DNA of 64,000 bases from Utricularia gibba (GCA_002189035.1 NEEC01000015.1:620001-684000), one strand, 5' to 3'; shown: positions 11,322-24,660, counted from the first letter of the stretch. Numbers and translations: made by a program. Notes: generated from the letters alone by a model not told the origin.

Positions 11322-12565
11322 ATGGAGCACCTGATCCTCTTGATCGGAGCTATAGGTGCACTTACTTCTTCACTGTCTACTTCATCCCCTCCTGATCATC
11401 AATTCACTCTCTCTTCCCCTTGGTACCTTTTTGTTTCCTTGCAGGGAATTTGATTTCAGTCCTCATGTTCCTGTCGCCGGTGTGAGCTACTCCGCCCGGC
11501 TTTTTCGATAGTGATACAGGCGCCGGTGGATAACACTTTGCGATGTGCAGGAAGACGTTCGTGAGGATCGTGAGGAACAGGAGCACGGAGGAGTTCGACG
11601 CTCTTCCGTACATGTGTACGCTGCTCAGCTCCACTCTCTGGACCTTCTACGGAGTCGCCAAACCGGGAAGCTACCTCGTGGCCACCGTCAATGGATTCGG
11701 CGTCGTCGTCGAGGCCGTTTATGTTTCTCTCTTCCTCCTCTTCTCGCCTCCTCATCGAAGGGTAACCAACAACTCCCCTTCTTCAAGAAAAATAATAATA
11801 ATAATTTTTAAAAATGCTGGTAGGTGTTCTCTGTCACACGTGAAGCATGCCCAATTTCTGTAGCTTTCATAGGAAACTATTTTTCGTGAAAAGATGTTGG
11901 GGTCAAGATTCTTGATCAAAGCGACGGTTATTACTAATTTTAAATTCGATATATTAAAATAATAATATTTTCTTTAATATATTCTGTTCGCCGCCGGTAG
12001 GCTAAAAGAGCAAGGATGTGCGGAGGGATGACCGTGGGCTTTCCCGGGAGCGTCATCGTGTTGTCCTCCTGTCTGTTGAAGGGCGATTTGAGATACGACG
12101 TCGTAGGGGTCATAGCCTCCGCCCTCAACGTCATCATGTACGCCGCACCTCTCTCCGTTCTGGTAAGTTTGAATCGAATCGAGCAAACGACGTCGTTGAG
12201 CGATTCGAATAACAGATCATTTGGATCGCAGAGAAGCGTCCTAGCGAGCAAGAGCGTGGAGTACATGCCCTTCCTCCTCTCCTTCTTCCTCTTCCTCAAT
12301 GGCGCCATCTGGACCGTTTATGCCCTACTTACGCACGATTGCTTCCTCGGGGTCCGTACGATGTACACTCCACATACATGTGATGTACATAGAATAAAAA
12401 TGCAGTGTGCTTGTGGTGTAGGTACCGAACGCTGCTGGGTTTGTACTCGGAGCCATCCAGATGGTGGTTTATGTCATGTACATGACGCCTCCAAAGAAGC
12501 TGCCACAGGAAGATGCCAAGACTGCCACACATCCTCTCCTACCATCATCATCCTCTTCACCATAA
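11322..12565 (+). CDS. SWEET17: SWEET sugar transporter, clade IV (SWEET16/17-like), 6 exons
   Basis: MEHLILLIGAIG|NLISVLMFLSPV|KTFVRIVRNRSTEEFDALPY...VATVNGFG|...NVIMYAAPLSVL|RSVLASKSVEYMPFLLSFFLFLNG..|VPNAAGFVLGAIQ; canonical SWEET exon layout. The 16 versus 17 assignment is uncertain. Confidence 0.92.
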
Positions 12566-12954
12566 TCAACAATATTATCATCATCATCATAGCTTCATGT
12601 ATCGTCAACACTACCGCATTAAAATAAAGTGATATTTTAAAAATGTATTTATATACACATTTTCATATTAAATTTTTGTATTTTTTTTAATAATAATTTT
12701 ATTAGTATTGACCGAGTGGAGAATGAAAGGAAGTAAACAACAAAAGAAATCGCAATGGAGACAAAGATTCAAATGAACAAGAACCATGTGTACATTCTGT
12801 ATGTAGACTACAAGCGTCTGTTTTCTTCGGCAACCCCAAAGGCATTGGGTATCAGAGGAGGTAGAGGCAGCAGCTATGAACATAGAGAGGGATTTTTTTA
12901 AGTGAACCGGCAATTTCATGATCAGAGAGGCTCCAGGCTTCCCGTGAAGGAGTA

Positions 12955-14268
12955 TCAAAGAGCACCGATCTTAGGGGGCTGCGGGGGGTAAACCAGACAT
13001 GGTGAAGAAGAGTATGAAAACTCAAGAGCAAGAAGATGATGTACCTTCTTCAGGGGCCCCTTGGAGTTGGTTGAGATGGATTTTATAATGTCAAAAGAAC
13101 ATACTAACGAGTCATCAACGCTCAAGAGAGCACCCACGTTGTCGAATTCGCCGCCGTAGTTGGGAGCCGAGAAGAGAGTCACCAGTTGTCGTTTGGCGAA
13201 GAACTCATATCCATCTTCAACAACCTGATGGAACACACAGAACAAAAAAAAAAAAAAAAAAGCTTCCTTGTGTTTACATGGCAATGGGAAGCTCTAACCA
13301 GTCTAAGAGAAAGAGAGTTAGACCTGATGTCCACGACAAATGAGATCTAAGTCATTTTTGTCTAAAAACTCTGCAACAACATCTGGTCCAAAGACACATG
13401 AAACACCTCTATCGCTGTCCGCCCAGCCTCGGATCCGAGGGTCGGGATCAGACCAAAGCAAGTCACAGAGGAGGCCGTTGTCTGGAATATCTGTGGGTTT
13501 AGGTATCTGGTTTAACTCAGGAGAAAGCCCACCATGCATACAGAGTATTTTTTCATCTATGAGTGCAGAGACAGGCAGACAGTTAAAGCAGTCTGTGAAA
13601 ATCTTCCATAGCCGGACATTGAATCTCCTCTTGCATTCATCATAAAATCCGTAAATCCGATTGATCTTTGCATCTTCGTGGTTCCCTCTCAGAAGGAAAA
13701 CCTTATCTGGGTACCTTATCTTGTAAGCTAATAGCAGGCATATCGTCTCCAAGCTTTGCTTGCCTCTGTCTATATAATCTCCTAAGAAAAGGTAGTTTGA
13801 AGCAGGGGGGTACCCTCCATACTCGAACAGCCTCAGCAGATCATGATACTGTCCATGAATATCACCTACACGGGGAACAACAAAACAAAGACATCATCAT
13901 ATATCACGACCGCCCTATCTGGAAATGTGTATCCCATTGAGGTGCCATATGACAAGAATTCCCACAAGAAACCATCTTTCTCAAATGAGCACATGATACA
14001 TCAAGAGTCGCATGAAAAAAGAATGAGCCCATGTATTGAAAAAGGTAAAGCTGATCGGATTATTTTCAACACAGACCGCAGATTCTGATGGGTGCGTGAA
14101 GCTGGAGAAGATTGGGTTCGGAGAGGAAGATTGAGCGGGCGTTGACGCAAAGCTGACGGATCTCGGCCTCGGAAAGCTGAACCTGTTTCCCCCTTTCCCT
14201 TCTAATAGCCGCTGAATGATATCATCAAGAACTCCTTTATCCATCATCCCTTCCATGGCCATCATCAT
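12955..14268 (-). CDS. TOPP: Ser/Thr protein phosphatase PP1 catalytic subunit (TOPP8/TOPP9-like), 4 exons, one -1 frameshift in exon 1
   Basis: GDIHGQ, GDYIDRG, LRGNHE, HGGLSP, LLWSDP, SAPNY motifs. N-terminus [23 protein letters not shown](K)QVQLSE needs +1 at 14186-14193. Intron 14076-13866. Confidence 0.95.
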
Positions 14269-14499
14269 CCCTGTCCACTAAAAATTCAATTCGAAGCAAA
14301 TAACCTGGAACGGATTGTCATCTGATCATGAACGGGTTGTCGAAATGGCTGGTACCAGACGTTGGATTTGGAAAACACGGAAACTGAGAAACGGAAGGAT
14401 GACAAGGAAACCAAGACAAACTAAGGAACAAGATTTTGTTACTCTGCATTATATGTTTCATAGGGTAATTTTTGTGCTGGCTTAATGAACAGTTTTCAT

Positions 14500-14561
14500 G
14501 GAAAGCGCATTCGCCGGACCTCGTCCACACGTGAATATAAATACCCTGGGAAAGCGCATTC
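14500..14561 (+). promoter_or_regulatory. G-box plus TATA box bracketed by a 13-bp direct repeat
   Basis: ggaaagcgcattc at 14500-14512 and 14549-14561; CACGTG at 14528-14533; TATAAATA at 14536-14543. It lies between the divergent PP1 and PTH genes. Confidence 0.45.
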
Positions 14562-14981
14562 CTTTCAATAACCCTTGTTCTGTGCTGCTAAAAACACTAT
14601 TTTGTCTGGGTTTCCGTTCTGAGTGATCAAGATGAGGTTTTTTTAGTTTCTGGTGTTGGGGTTTCGATTTCCTTTTCAATAGCCCAGTTCGCAATTCCTG
14701 TTGATTTGATGTATCACTGTGGAAATTGCGCTGTAGCAGAATTCGGAGACGCTGGTGGCCCTAACTGAAGAGAAATCGGAAGGTAATGAGAAGGCGACAA
14801 CTTTATGGACATTTCGTGGAGAAAATTTGTTTGTTCTATCTTCTTGATGCCTAGGGACTTGGGATTGGTTTGTGGATTGAAACGTTTCCTTAGGATATGC
14901 AAGATTTCAGCATTATCCGTGTTTTTATGAACCTTTCATTAACACCGTGCTCGAAATTCTTCCATTTGTTCAAACAGGTCA

Positions 14982-16375
14982 ATGAACACCTTATCTACTA
15001 CTGGGCTCTCTTCCATGTCCACGCCGGTTGCAGTCGTGCACTGCTGCTTCTACTCTCAGGCGTTTCCTTCATGCTTGCGGAATATCAGCAAAACTCTCAG
15101 TTTAAAATACTCACAATGGAAGCCCATGGCTTGTTTTTCCACGGCTCAGGAGGAAAATCAGAAACCTTGGCTTCTTGTTGGACTTGGAAACCCCGGGAAG
15201 AATTTTAAGGGCACTCGCCACAACGTGAGAAATTGGATAACTGGTTGGTTCGCCCGATGGAGTATTTGTGAATTTGCCTTCAATGCATTCTTCCTTGTGT
15301 GAATAGGTGGGCTTTGAGTTGCTTGATCGCATAGCTATGGAAGAGGGGATCAACATGAACACGGTATCATTCAAGGCCTCTTTTGGAAAAGGTTTTTTTT
15401 TTGCACCATTCTTCTTGTTATCAGTTTTTACATTCGAACGTTTTCTGTTAAAATCAAGGTTTCAAGCATTAATGCATACAATTTATGGTTTGCATTTTCA
15501 TGTTTCACCAAGTGTCTGTCTTCTTCTCTCACTCTCAAAGCATTGTAGGCTTCATTGGTGAGGTCCCTGTAATGCTTGCTAAACCACAGACCTTTATGAA
15601 TGCTAGTGGTGAGTCTGTAAGTTCCTTCCCTCTTCTAACCATGAGGTGTTGATTGTCTACGCTCGTGCACAAAACTACTACTTGAGCTTATTGTTCGTGT
15701 CTCCAGGTCGGCCCATTGGTTTCATATTACAAGATTCCACTGAAGCGAGTCCTTGTGGTAACCGCAACATATCATATTCATTACATCTTCTGGCATAGAC
15801 AACCATGACTTATTTTTTCCCCTTGTCTTCAGATGTTTGATGACATGGATCTGCCTTTTGCAAAGCTTAAGTTGCTCCCCAAAGGTGGCCATGGCGGTCA
15901 CAATGGGTAAGTCTGCACGCTTTCTTGGATCTACTTCAGTTTAATTCATGTCATTTCCATACTGATAATGCTGCTCTATAAGGATGAGAAGCATAATAGA
16001 TCACTTCAAAGGCAGCCGGGATTTCCCTCGCTTAAGAATAGGTACTTGGCAGCACTAACAAACACACACAACATTTCCCAGAAGCGCTTTCAAATCACTC
16101 ATGCTTCAGGTTTGCGTAGGTATTGGACAGCCTCCTGGGAAGATGCTACCTGCTTCCTTTGTGCTGCGTGCTTTTACTGCAGAGGAACGCGAAGAGGTAT
16201 CGAATCACATGATTCGTAGTTGCAAGAGAAGCCCATTTTGAAGGTTGCTTTTGTTTTGCAGCTGGAGTATACTTTCCAATATGGCGTTGAAGGTGTTAGA
16301 ATGTTGGTGCAAGGCAACTTTGACAGAAGCGCTACATTCATCAACAGTAGTTCCAAGCAACTGGGAGCCGCGTAG
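14982..16375 (+). CDS. PTH: Organellar peptidyl-tRNA hydrolase (Pth1/CRS2 family), 8 exons
   Basis: KPWLLVGLGNPGKNFKGTRHN|VGFELLD, LAKPQTFMNASGES, DDMDLPFAKLKLLPKGGHGGHNG, FPRLRIGIG; N-terminal transit peptide. Confidence 0.93.
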
Positions 16376-16520
16376 CCGTGTTCTGTACTTTAACAGCTGA
16401 CGGCTCATTTTTCTTTTTGTTTGTTTTTAATGATTAAATTGATGAATAATTGTATTTTTTAATATTCATTTAAATAGTAAAAGAAGGGCTTGAGCCCGCA
16501 TGAGACTAGCTTTACTATGA

Positions 16521-16670
16521 AGCCCAATAAAGGTCCAACAGGCATGAGTATAGCCAGAGCTGGTGCCAGGGGATCGGCGGCGTAGTTTCTCACCGCAGTT
16601 GAGAATTGCTTTTCCTGTTCTCTGTCCGGTGGCTTCACGGTAAGCTGTCTGTTGCATTTTCTTAGGGTTT
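16521..16670 (+). promoter_or_regulatory. Site II element plus telo-box upstream of SRP19
   Basis: AGCCCA at 16521-16526 and TAGGGTTT (reverse complement of AAACCCTA) at 16663-16670 in the 5'UTR intron. This pairing is typical of plant translation-apparatus genes. Confidence 0.55.
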
Positions 16671-16778
16671 TCCAATCGATAGAGGATTGAATCTCAATGT
16701 GTAGATGGATTTTGTTCGGAGTGATCCTTTTTAGGTTTTTTTGAATGATTTGCATTGGGATTGGGTATCCAGGGAAGA

Positions 16779-17513
16779 ATGATGGATGCTGATGTGCAGA
16801 ACATTAAGAGATGGGTGGTTTTATACCCAATATACATCAATTCGAAGAAAACGCTGGCTGAAGGTCGAAGAATCAACGTAAGCAAGGCTTGTGAAAACCC
16901 TACGTGCACCGAGATTGCTGATTGTTGCGCCATCTCAAACTGCCTTGCGCGATTGAGGTAGTAATTAACCTCGCTAGTTATCCCAGATTGCTCCTTTTTC
17001 CTCGGTGGGTGCTAATCGACAGGTTTGTTTCAGAGCGACAAGGCTTATCCGCGGGATTTTATGCAAAGAGGACGCGTTAGGGTTTTGCTGAAAAGAGAGG
17101 ATGGTAGCCACTATAATCCTGCCATTTCTTCAAGTGGGTAACCAGATAAAGTTGCTTCACACTTTGCAGTTTTTCGTTCCACTGAAGTTATTACACTTGC
17201 TTGCTCCTTATCTCTTGTTTCTACAGAGTTCTAACTGCAAACGAGATATGATTTTCCCTTGATGGAATGCTTATTGGCTGCAGTGCTTTAACTTGTTATA
17301 GTGTTCAATGCCTTGAAATTCTATGCTACGCAGAGATTACTGTTTTTCCTGTAATTACCATATAGCCTCACCTTGACAGGGAAGCAGCTAATGCTGCATG
17401 TTGCGGAGTTGGTTCCCCGGCATCCTGGTAGAAACAAGAAGCAAGAGCCAGTTGTTTCATCTGCTGCTGCCGGTGCTTCAAAATCTGGAAAGGGTGGAAG
17501 GAAGAAGAGATAG
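16779..17513 (+). CDS. SRP19: Signal recognition particle 19 kDa protein, 3 exons, one -1 frameshift
   Basis: IKRWVVLYPIYINSKKTLAEGRRI...CENPTC, then (x)HLKLPCAIE|..DKAYPRDFMQRGRVRVLLKREDG..|KQLMLHVAELVPRHPGR...GGRKKR*. Needs +1 at 16929-16931. Confidence 0.95.
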
Positions 17514-17971
17514 TCTGCAGTCTGCACAGAGGAAAAAAGGGGTATGCTTATCAATGCTTCCAGTTTCTTCCATGATCTTCGTCTTCCTCATTTTGATTCT
17601 CCCTCTAATTCGAAACATATGCTAAAAGTACTTCTGTATGATTGGGGAAACTTCATTGCTTCTCCACCTGCTTTTGTCAAATGCGGTTAATCTGGTTAAT
17701 ACTTGGGACTTGGGAATGTTAAACATGACTTCTAATGCTAAATAGATAATGAAAGTTGAAACTTAGTTTTTGAGTTGGTTTTGATTTTTATCAGAATTTG
17801 CTCGAAGTTTTTGAATAACTGTTTTTGAATTTTGACGTCATAATTCGTTTAATTACAAATTGGATCTTTTGTGAGGTCATCGAGTAAATATTCAAAAATT
17901 ATGTATTTTAAACACTTCCCTTTGTAAAATAAACTAAAATTTATGATGTATTAATAATGGTTAGAATTAGT

Positions 17972-18052
17972 TGGGCCTAGGTACGGATGGTTGAAGCCCA
18001 TCCATGTTTTGGAGGTTGGCCCAAAATTATATAATAGTGAAGCCCAAGCCCA
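17972..18052 (+). promoter_or_regulatory. Cluster of five site II (TGGGCY/RGCCCA) elements upstream of VGT
   Basis: TGGGCC 17972, AGCCCA 17995, GGCCCA 18018, AGCCCA 18041 and 18047; about 180 bp upstream of the ATG. Confidence 0.6.
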
Positions 18053-18233
18053 CGACTTCGCTCATTCCCGTGGCGCAACTGTATCCATCCGTACTTCAGT
18101 CTTAATCCTTCTCGTTGCGTCTGAATGAGGTGGTTGGCTCGTGCCGCGCTGTGCGATTTGCTCGGACAGGAGTTGTTTTAAGTTCAATTAACTCCGTTTG
18201 TCACTTCCTGGTAAGCATTCGATCACTTCGTTG

Positions 18234-21200
18234 ATGGCTTCCTATGCGGAGCAGCTCATTCTAAAGGTATTATCATCTACTCAGAGTTCCTTGAATCTTG
18301 CTTCTCTGTTCGGCAGTTGTGATCACTCTTTTCTTTCGTGCTTGGTTATTAAGTTTGAGATATTGTCAGGATGGAGTGCCATCTGTAGATGATGTACAGA
18401 AGGAGCATCTTTTGGGGACGGGGCACCGAGAATGTGAAAAATTTTCTCTTCTGGCGGCAATTCTTCCGTGAGTTTCTCGTTCTGGGTGATTGATGCTGAT
18501 GCTATCTGTGATCCTGCTGCTTCGGATTGCTGACTTAATATGTTTAGGTTTTTGTTCCCTGCTTTGGGGGGGTTTCTATACGGCTATGATATTGGGGCGA
18601 CAGCTTGTGCTACTCTCTCCTTACAGGTATAGATGGAAAATCGTTGTCTTGCTTTTTACGTTCATTTTCCTGATTGAGAAGTGCTGCTGAAGATCATGCT
18701 TGGTGCTTGCATGTTTTTAAGTTACCTGAAAACTTCATATGTTTGTGCTTATTTTGAGAAGTTTGAATGTTTTCCCAATATCCTTAACTCACCCTACTAG
18801 ATTTTTATGTAAGGAAACTAATTTCTTACAACGTCCAACTTTTATGTATGAGATGTCTAATTGCCCTAGTATATTCTTTTTCTGCAGTCTGCTACATCTA
18901 GCGGGATTTCATGGTATGATTTGTCATCCGTTCAAGTTGGTCTTATTGTAAGTGAATCTCTATTCTTAGTTGCTGCATTTTTTATTGTTTGAAGTTGTTG
19001 TTTTTTTAATATTACTTTTTCCCAAGGATACTGAGTTATTGTCCATCCTGTTTCATAACTTGTGTGTCATCTCGTTAACCTGCAGACTAGTGGTTCATTA
19101 TATGGCGCTCTTATAGGATCCGCATTGGCATTTAATATTGCAGACGTATTAGGTATGCTGCGATGTGTCTTTATATCATTAAACAGTTTAGTCGTCATGC
19201 AACATTGTATCGTTACTCTGCAGGAAGAAGAAGAGAACTGGTCCTTGCATCTGTTGTGTACTTCGCTGGGGCTCTGGTGACAGCCTTTGCACCAATTTTT
19301 TGTGTGATGGTTACTGGGCGCTTCATATATGGTGTTGGAATCGGATTCGTGAGATATCTATGAAATTTACAGTTTTGTACAATCTACTTCAATTTCAATT
19401 TATTTCCTTATATATGCCGCTGGGAGGTGTTGTCTTGGAAAAAATATTCCATTTTTTTCAGATTTCATATTTAATATTTAACTTTGTCAAGGTAATTAGC
19501 AGCACAAGTGTTTAGATTGATGCGGATATTTTGTGATGTGGTGTCTTATCCTCGCTTATGCAGGCAATGCATGCTGCTCCAATGTACATTGCAGAAACAT
19601 CCCCATCTCAAATAAGAGGACAATTAATTTCACTTAAGGAACTATTTATTGTTCTCGGGATGCTAGTAAGTGATCTTTCCACTGATAAGAAATTTCCATT
19701 CTAAAGATCAAAAATTTTAATTTCTTCGTTTTGCCTCTAGATTTTCAGTATTTTAACTGAAAAGTATCCAATTTAGCGTACACTAACACTGAGAATCTTG
19801 CAGGGAGGATACACTGTTGGCAGCCTTTCGGTAGACACATTTGCTGGTTGGCGTTATATGTATGCGGTTATCACTCCCGTGACACTCATCATGGGAGCTG
19901 GAATGTTGTGGCTTCCAGCATCCCCTAGGTGGATTCTTCTGAAGGCCATACAGGGAAAAGGAGATACCTCAGCTCTTAGGGACACTGCCATAACTTGTTT
20001 ATGCAGATTGCGAGGCAGCATTGTTGATGATACAGCTCCCCAGATTGTCGACGATATATTATCAGAACTCTCTCAGTTTGATGATCAGGAAGAAGCTACA
20101 ATCACGGAGTTGTTCCAGGGAAAGTGCTTGAAGGCTCTTATAATTGGTGGGGGTCTCATCATCTTTCAACAGGTATATCTTTTATCGTCTAATCCTTCCA
20201 TTTTTAATTGCAGCTTCAGGATGTTTCAGTTAATTCAGTTGACTCCTTGCCTCATTTTTTTGTAGATAACAGGACAGCCGAGCGTGTTGTACTACGCTCC
20301 AACGATTTTTCAGGTACATTTAGAATTTTTGAAGTGTAATAAACTATGTACGTTGATCAATCTTGTTTAAATCCCTAGTGTGTTTCCAGTCTAATGCCAT
20401 GAACCTTGCAGACGGCTGGATTCTCTGCAGCTTCAGATGCAACTAAGGTCTCAATCATTCTGGGGTTGTTAAAGGTAATATTTGTCGACTTAGCCCACCC
20501 TAAACTTGACCAGATTCACCCTCCCTCAACCACGCTTCCCTTACCATATCCATTGACTCATCTCTTTGTCTGTTTTGTAGCTCGTTCTGACAGGAGTTGC
20601 CGTTTCAGTCATCGACAGACTGGGAAGAAGGCCTCTTCTACTCGGAGGTGTATCCGGCATGGTATGTAGAGCACCAAGTTTACTCCTCTTCTCAAAAGCA
20701 CAAGAAAGTTCTCTCATGTCAGAATCATGTGGCAGGTGACAGCTCTATTCTTCCTGGGATCTTACTACACCTATTTGTATGGAATATCTGCTGTCGCCGT
20801 TGCTGCTTTGCTTCTATACGTTGGGTGCTACCAGGTAATGAATACTATCAGCATTGTCTCTCAATGCCCAACGTGGTCCTCACATTGCATATGTAGCTAT
20901 CTTTTGGGCCAGTAGGGTGGCTGATGATTTCAGAGGTCTTCCCTCTGCGCCTACGAGGGCGCGGACTGAGCATCGTAGTCCTGGTAAACTTCGGAGCAAA
21001 TGCGCTAGTGACATTCGCATTTTCTCCTCTAAAGGTAACCAAATTAATGTTTTCTGCGCCCGCCCTGTGAAGGGTTGTGTTTTGATGGTAATGCTATTTG
21101 GTGGCGATAACAGGAGCTGGTAGGGGCTGGAATACTCTTCTTTATATTTGGAGCCATTGGTGCCTTGTCTCTCATCTTCATCTTCTTTATCATTCCAGAG

Positions 21201-21242
21201 ACCAAAGGCCTCAGCCTTGAGGAAATTGAGGCTAAACTGTAG
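18234..21242 (+). CDS. VGT: D-xylose-proton symporter-like / vacuolar glucose transporter (VGT1/2-like, MFS), multi-exon, one -1 frameshift in exon 2
   Basis: FLFPALGGFLYGYDIGAT, GRFIYGVGIGF|AMHAAPMYIAETSPSQIRGQLISLKE, LIIGGGLIIFQQ|ITGQPSVLYYA, PIGWLMISEVFPLRLRG, PETKGLSLEEIE. Needs +1 at 18410-18416. Confidence 0.93.
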
Positions 21243-21477
21243 CTTCTTGGACAGCTACCATTTACATATTATACCATATCATATATCTCCCTATCCGTGT
21301 AAAGTTATTCATTGTCACAAGTGAAAACTTGTCTTCTGTTGTTTGAGTGCATCACTTTTGTACCTGTCTTTCGCAGACTTGTGCCACAATGGATATCTTC
21401 GAAACAGACGCTGAGATTTATTCTGAGTTGCTCATTTTGCAAATTTCTTCAACAGGCTCAAGTCCTTGATAGTTCTT

Positions 21478-22397
21478 CTATTCAGGATCATCTAGTCCGA
21501 TTGTTGAGGATGCCGATCGTCGCCGGAATCTTCGCTCGAGATAGACATACGCAGCAGCAAGAGCAGCAAGAACAACCAAAACATGGGTGAACAGCAAGGC
21601 ATTAGCCAAAAGCGAACCATGGACCGCAGCTTCATCTGAAACACATGAAATTTCATTCCTTGGCTCAAGCACACATCCTTCCGGCATCATCGGACCGTAG
21701 AGCGTGAATGCTGTCTGGTAGAACCAGAGCCCCTGAAGCAGTATCCAATCCCGCAGCATAAATCAACAGGGAAACTTGCAGGCATCAAGGCTCCAGCTGC
21801 TGTTGAAACTACGCAGAGACCTATCAAGATCACAAGGATGAAGTGGTAGTATCCCTCTAAGCCGACGTGTGTTGTTGAGTGAAAGTAGAAAAGTAAGTAT
21901 TCTGCTGTGAATGCTGTTGATGCTATGAAGCATAATGCTCCTTCTGGCAATGGAAGAATGCTGAAAACAAGCAATAAAAAGGGTATTCATGATAGCAACT
22001 TTTTGGTACACAACACGCTTTGCGATAAAAAATAAAAAATAAAAAATCTTGAATTAACTAACTTTGTTTTCTCTGAAACCAGTGCAATGACCCCAAAAAC
22101 GATGAACATAAGCAACATCCCGGAGTGCTCGAAGTTGTTAAGATGAGAAGGGTTCAAGGATCCATTGACAATGATCTTGAGATGAGTTGCAACTAAAAAC
22201 TCTATACAGAGATCAATAAGGCCACCCACAACAATTATATAAAGCTCCAAATGTTTACACTTAGGCACAGGATTCCAAACTCTCACACGAAATGATTTTG
22301 GGTTTGAAACAAATCTAGCTAAAGAACACCATGAATGCCACAGGCCAATGAGCACAAATAATGTCCCTGGGATCATATGCCCAATAAACGACCCCAT
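21478..22397 (-). CDS. DUF716 / TMEM45-like membrane protein (plant viral-response family), 2 exons, one -1 frameshift
   Basis: MGSFIGHMIPGTLFVLIGLWH, HLNNFEHSGMLLMF, FHSTTHVGLEGYYH, LQGLWFYQTAFTLY. Needs +1 at 21745-21746. Confidence 0.9.
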
Positions 22398-23226
22398 CGC
22401 TCAACTGCAAAAAAGAAACTGGAGTCTCTTTGTCCCGACAAGGCCTGGGATCTCAGCGAAAGAAGATTTCACTCAAATAGCTAAAAGCCTGTATTGTTTA
22501 TGCATGCAAGAACGAGTAATTAGTCTCCAGTCAACGGTGGGCTCTCAACTCACAGAGAAGGCCAGAATGAGATGTGTCGATCGAGACACAACGATTTAGA
22601 GTGAGAAAAAGAAGACTATGAATTCGTCATCATTTGTGGAGAAGCTTTTCGTCTGAGTCGGGGAGGGGGAGAAAGTAGATAGAAAGGCGTACCTTTGGAT
22701 GATGATCACATGCTGTTTGGGATTCAAGCCGCCTTTTGGATGCTAGAGATTGAAAAAGAGCTAGTGGTGAAAAGTTAGTTCAGGACACAAGATTGACATT
22801 TGAAAAACTCAAATTTATATAATGAATTTCACTCTCATAAAATGTCCAATCCTCCATGCTGCAAACGGTGTTCGGCGACTTCTAGTACAACTCACGTCAG
22901 TAACGACAAACTACTGACGAAGTGCCTGCATGCTCCATCATCTATGAACTCATCTACAGATCCCTGAAAATGAAAAGTCAAAATAATACCACATACAAAC
23001 TAAATGCATTTAGGAGTAAGCATTCTTTCATTTCATATCATCATGATTTACGGAATGTTCTCCACTTCCCATTACAAGGCCCCGTATATTAGCACACCAC
23101 CACTGTGATGATCAATATCTATGAAAGCGGATCATGAGTACACAGGATACGTACTACATGATCACTATCTCAAACATTGCCAGGATTGGAAGCTTGAAAC
23201 TGAAAAAAAAAAATGGCACCACAACA

Positions 23227-24660
23227 TCAAGCAGATGGAAGTATTTTCAATGCCACTTCTTTGAGCGATGGCATGGTTTCCTGCTCATGCACGCACAGGT
23301 ACTTGTTTCTCACTTTCCTGAGAACCACCCATGGTCCAGGGTAACACCTGCTCAAAGAAAAATTACTTAAAAGGGTTCCATTTTTTTCCCAAAAAACCAT
23401 GGTGTACGAAAGAACATTACCTAAAGAGGACTCCCCCATTTCGGCCTTTGAAGTTGTGAATGTAGTAGACGGTCTCCATTTTTGGTAGAAATGTTTCCGT
23501 AAGTGCCGCCAGTTTAGGGTAGAAAAACGGAGGATAGTCTATGCAACAAACGCATCTTCATCATTAGGATTCAGTCAGAAATGCCTCCCACGAGAAGGCT
23601 AGACATCATGCATAAGAACACATACATCCAGATCTTATCCTGTCAAGTTCACCATTGAAAATAATCAGTTTGCGTGAATCACTGCTAGCCACCACTGCCT
23701 TATATAGCTGTTCCACAGCCAGAATCTCTGTTTCACAACAGATAATAGTTCAAGAACAGTATGAGTATGGCCATCTAATGCAAGTTTGTTTTACCATTGA
23801 CATTGAAGTACGGATACGCAGCTAAGAAAAGTTGGTCCTCCGGGGTTACTCGATCTGTGATGTTAACTTTCTCGACGAAACCAAAATCTTCAAAAAAGGA
23901 TGGTTTCGTTAAATAGTCTAGTTTCAAAGAAGACCCTTCAAAAGCCGAGTTCCTAGCAAATGTTACTTCATTTGCTTCAGGGAAAAACTGCAATAGATAA
24001 CATCAACCGCAGTCAGTTCGGCAGTACTATAGTAAGTAATGAAGTATATCTACACACAATTCTTGTCCTTGTGGCCTTTTCAGGAGGAATGAGAAGATCA
24101 CAAAACTCACGCATCAGCATTATACTTCCTGTCATCTCGATTCCCCCTTCACCATCACCTGCCATTTTGGATTATACCAAAATTCGTGAAAATCGAGCTA
24201 GTGGCGGAGAACGCAGCGCAGCATGAAGGGTCACCTGGTACGGATTCCAGACCAGAAGTAGGGAATTCGATTTCCTATTGAAACAAATAAATTAGTTGAG
24301 TTAGCGAAAAAAAATGCTTCCGAAAGGCGCGTACCATGAGCTGCTTGGTATCGTTTAAAGCCAACTGAGTTGCTTGTTTAGCCTGCGATCCATAAGCTTT
24401 GCCTTTAACAACATATTCAAGTTTTCGCGCACACAGACATTAACCAACCACACAAATCCTACTTGCAGAAGAAGCTCGGAATAATCCCGCGGAAAGACGG
24501 GGCTGTTCGAAGAAGAAGAAGCATTGATCACAGAACCAAAACTCCTCCGCTTCCTTGGTCCCACTACACCTCTGGATTTGAGTAGACGAAATCCGGAAGA
24601 CGAAAATGTGCGCTCGATAAGAAAATTCGAATCCGGGAAGCCGCTCAACATCATCGGCAT
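23227..24660 (-). CDS. LPA3: LOW PSII ACCUMULATION 3 (DUF1995), chloroplast, multi-exon
   Basis: FPRDYSELLLQ|AKQATQLAL..|EIEFPTSGLESVP|GDGEGGIEMTGS..|FFPEANEV..LDYLTKPSFFEDFGF..AYPYFNVN|..IIFNGELDRIRSG|YYPPFFYPKL..|CYPGPW...LKEVALKILPSA*. Confidence 0.93.

Noticed and set aside
11322-21242. SWEET16/17 and VGT, two tonoplast sugar transporters 6 kb apart, as a functional cluster
   Set aside because: Three unrelated housekeeping genes separate them, there is no shared regulatory signature, and chance proximity is likely at this gene density.
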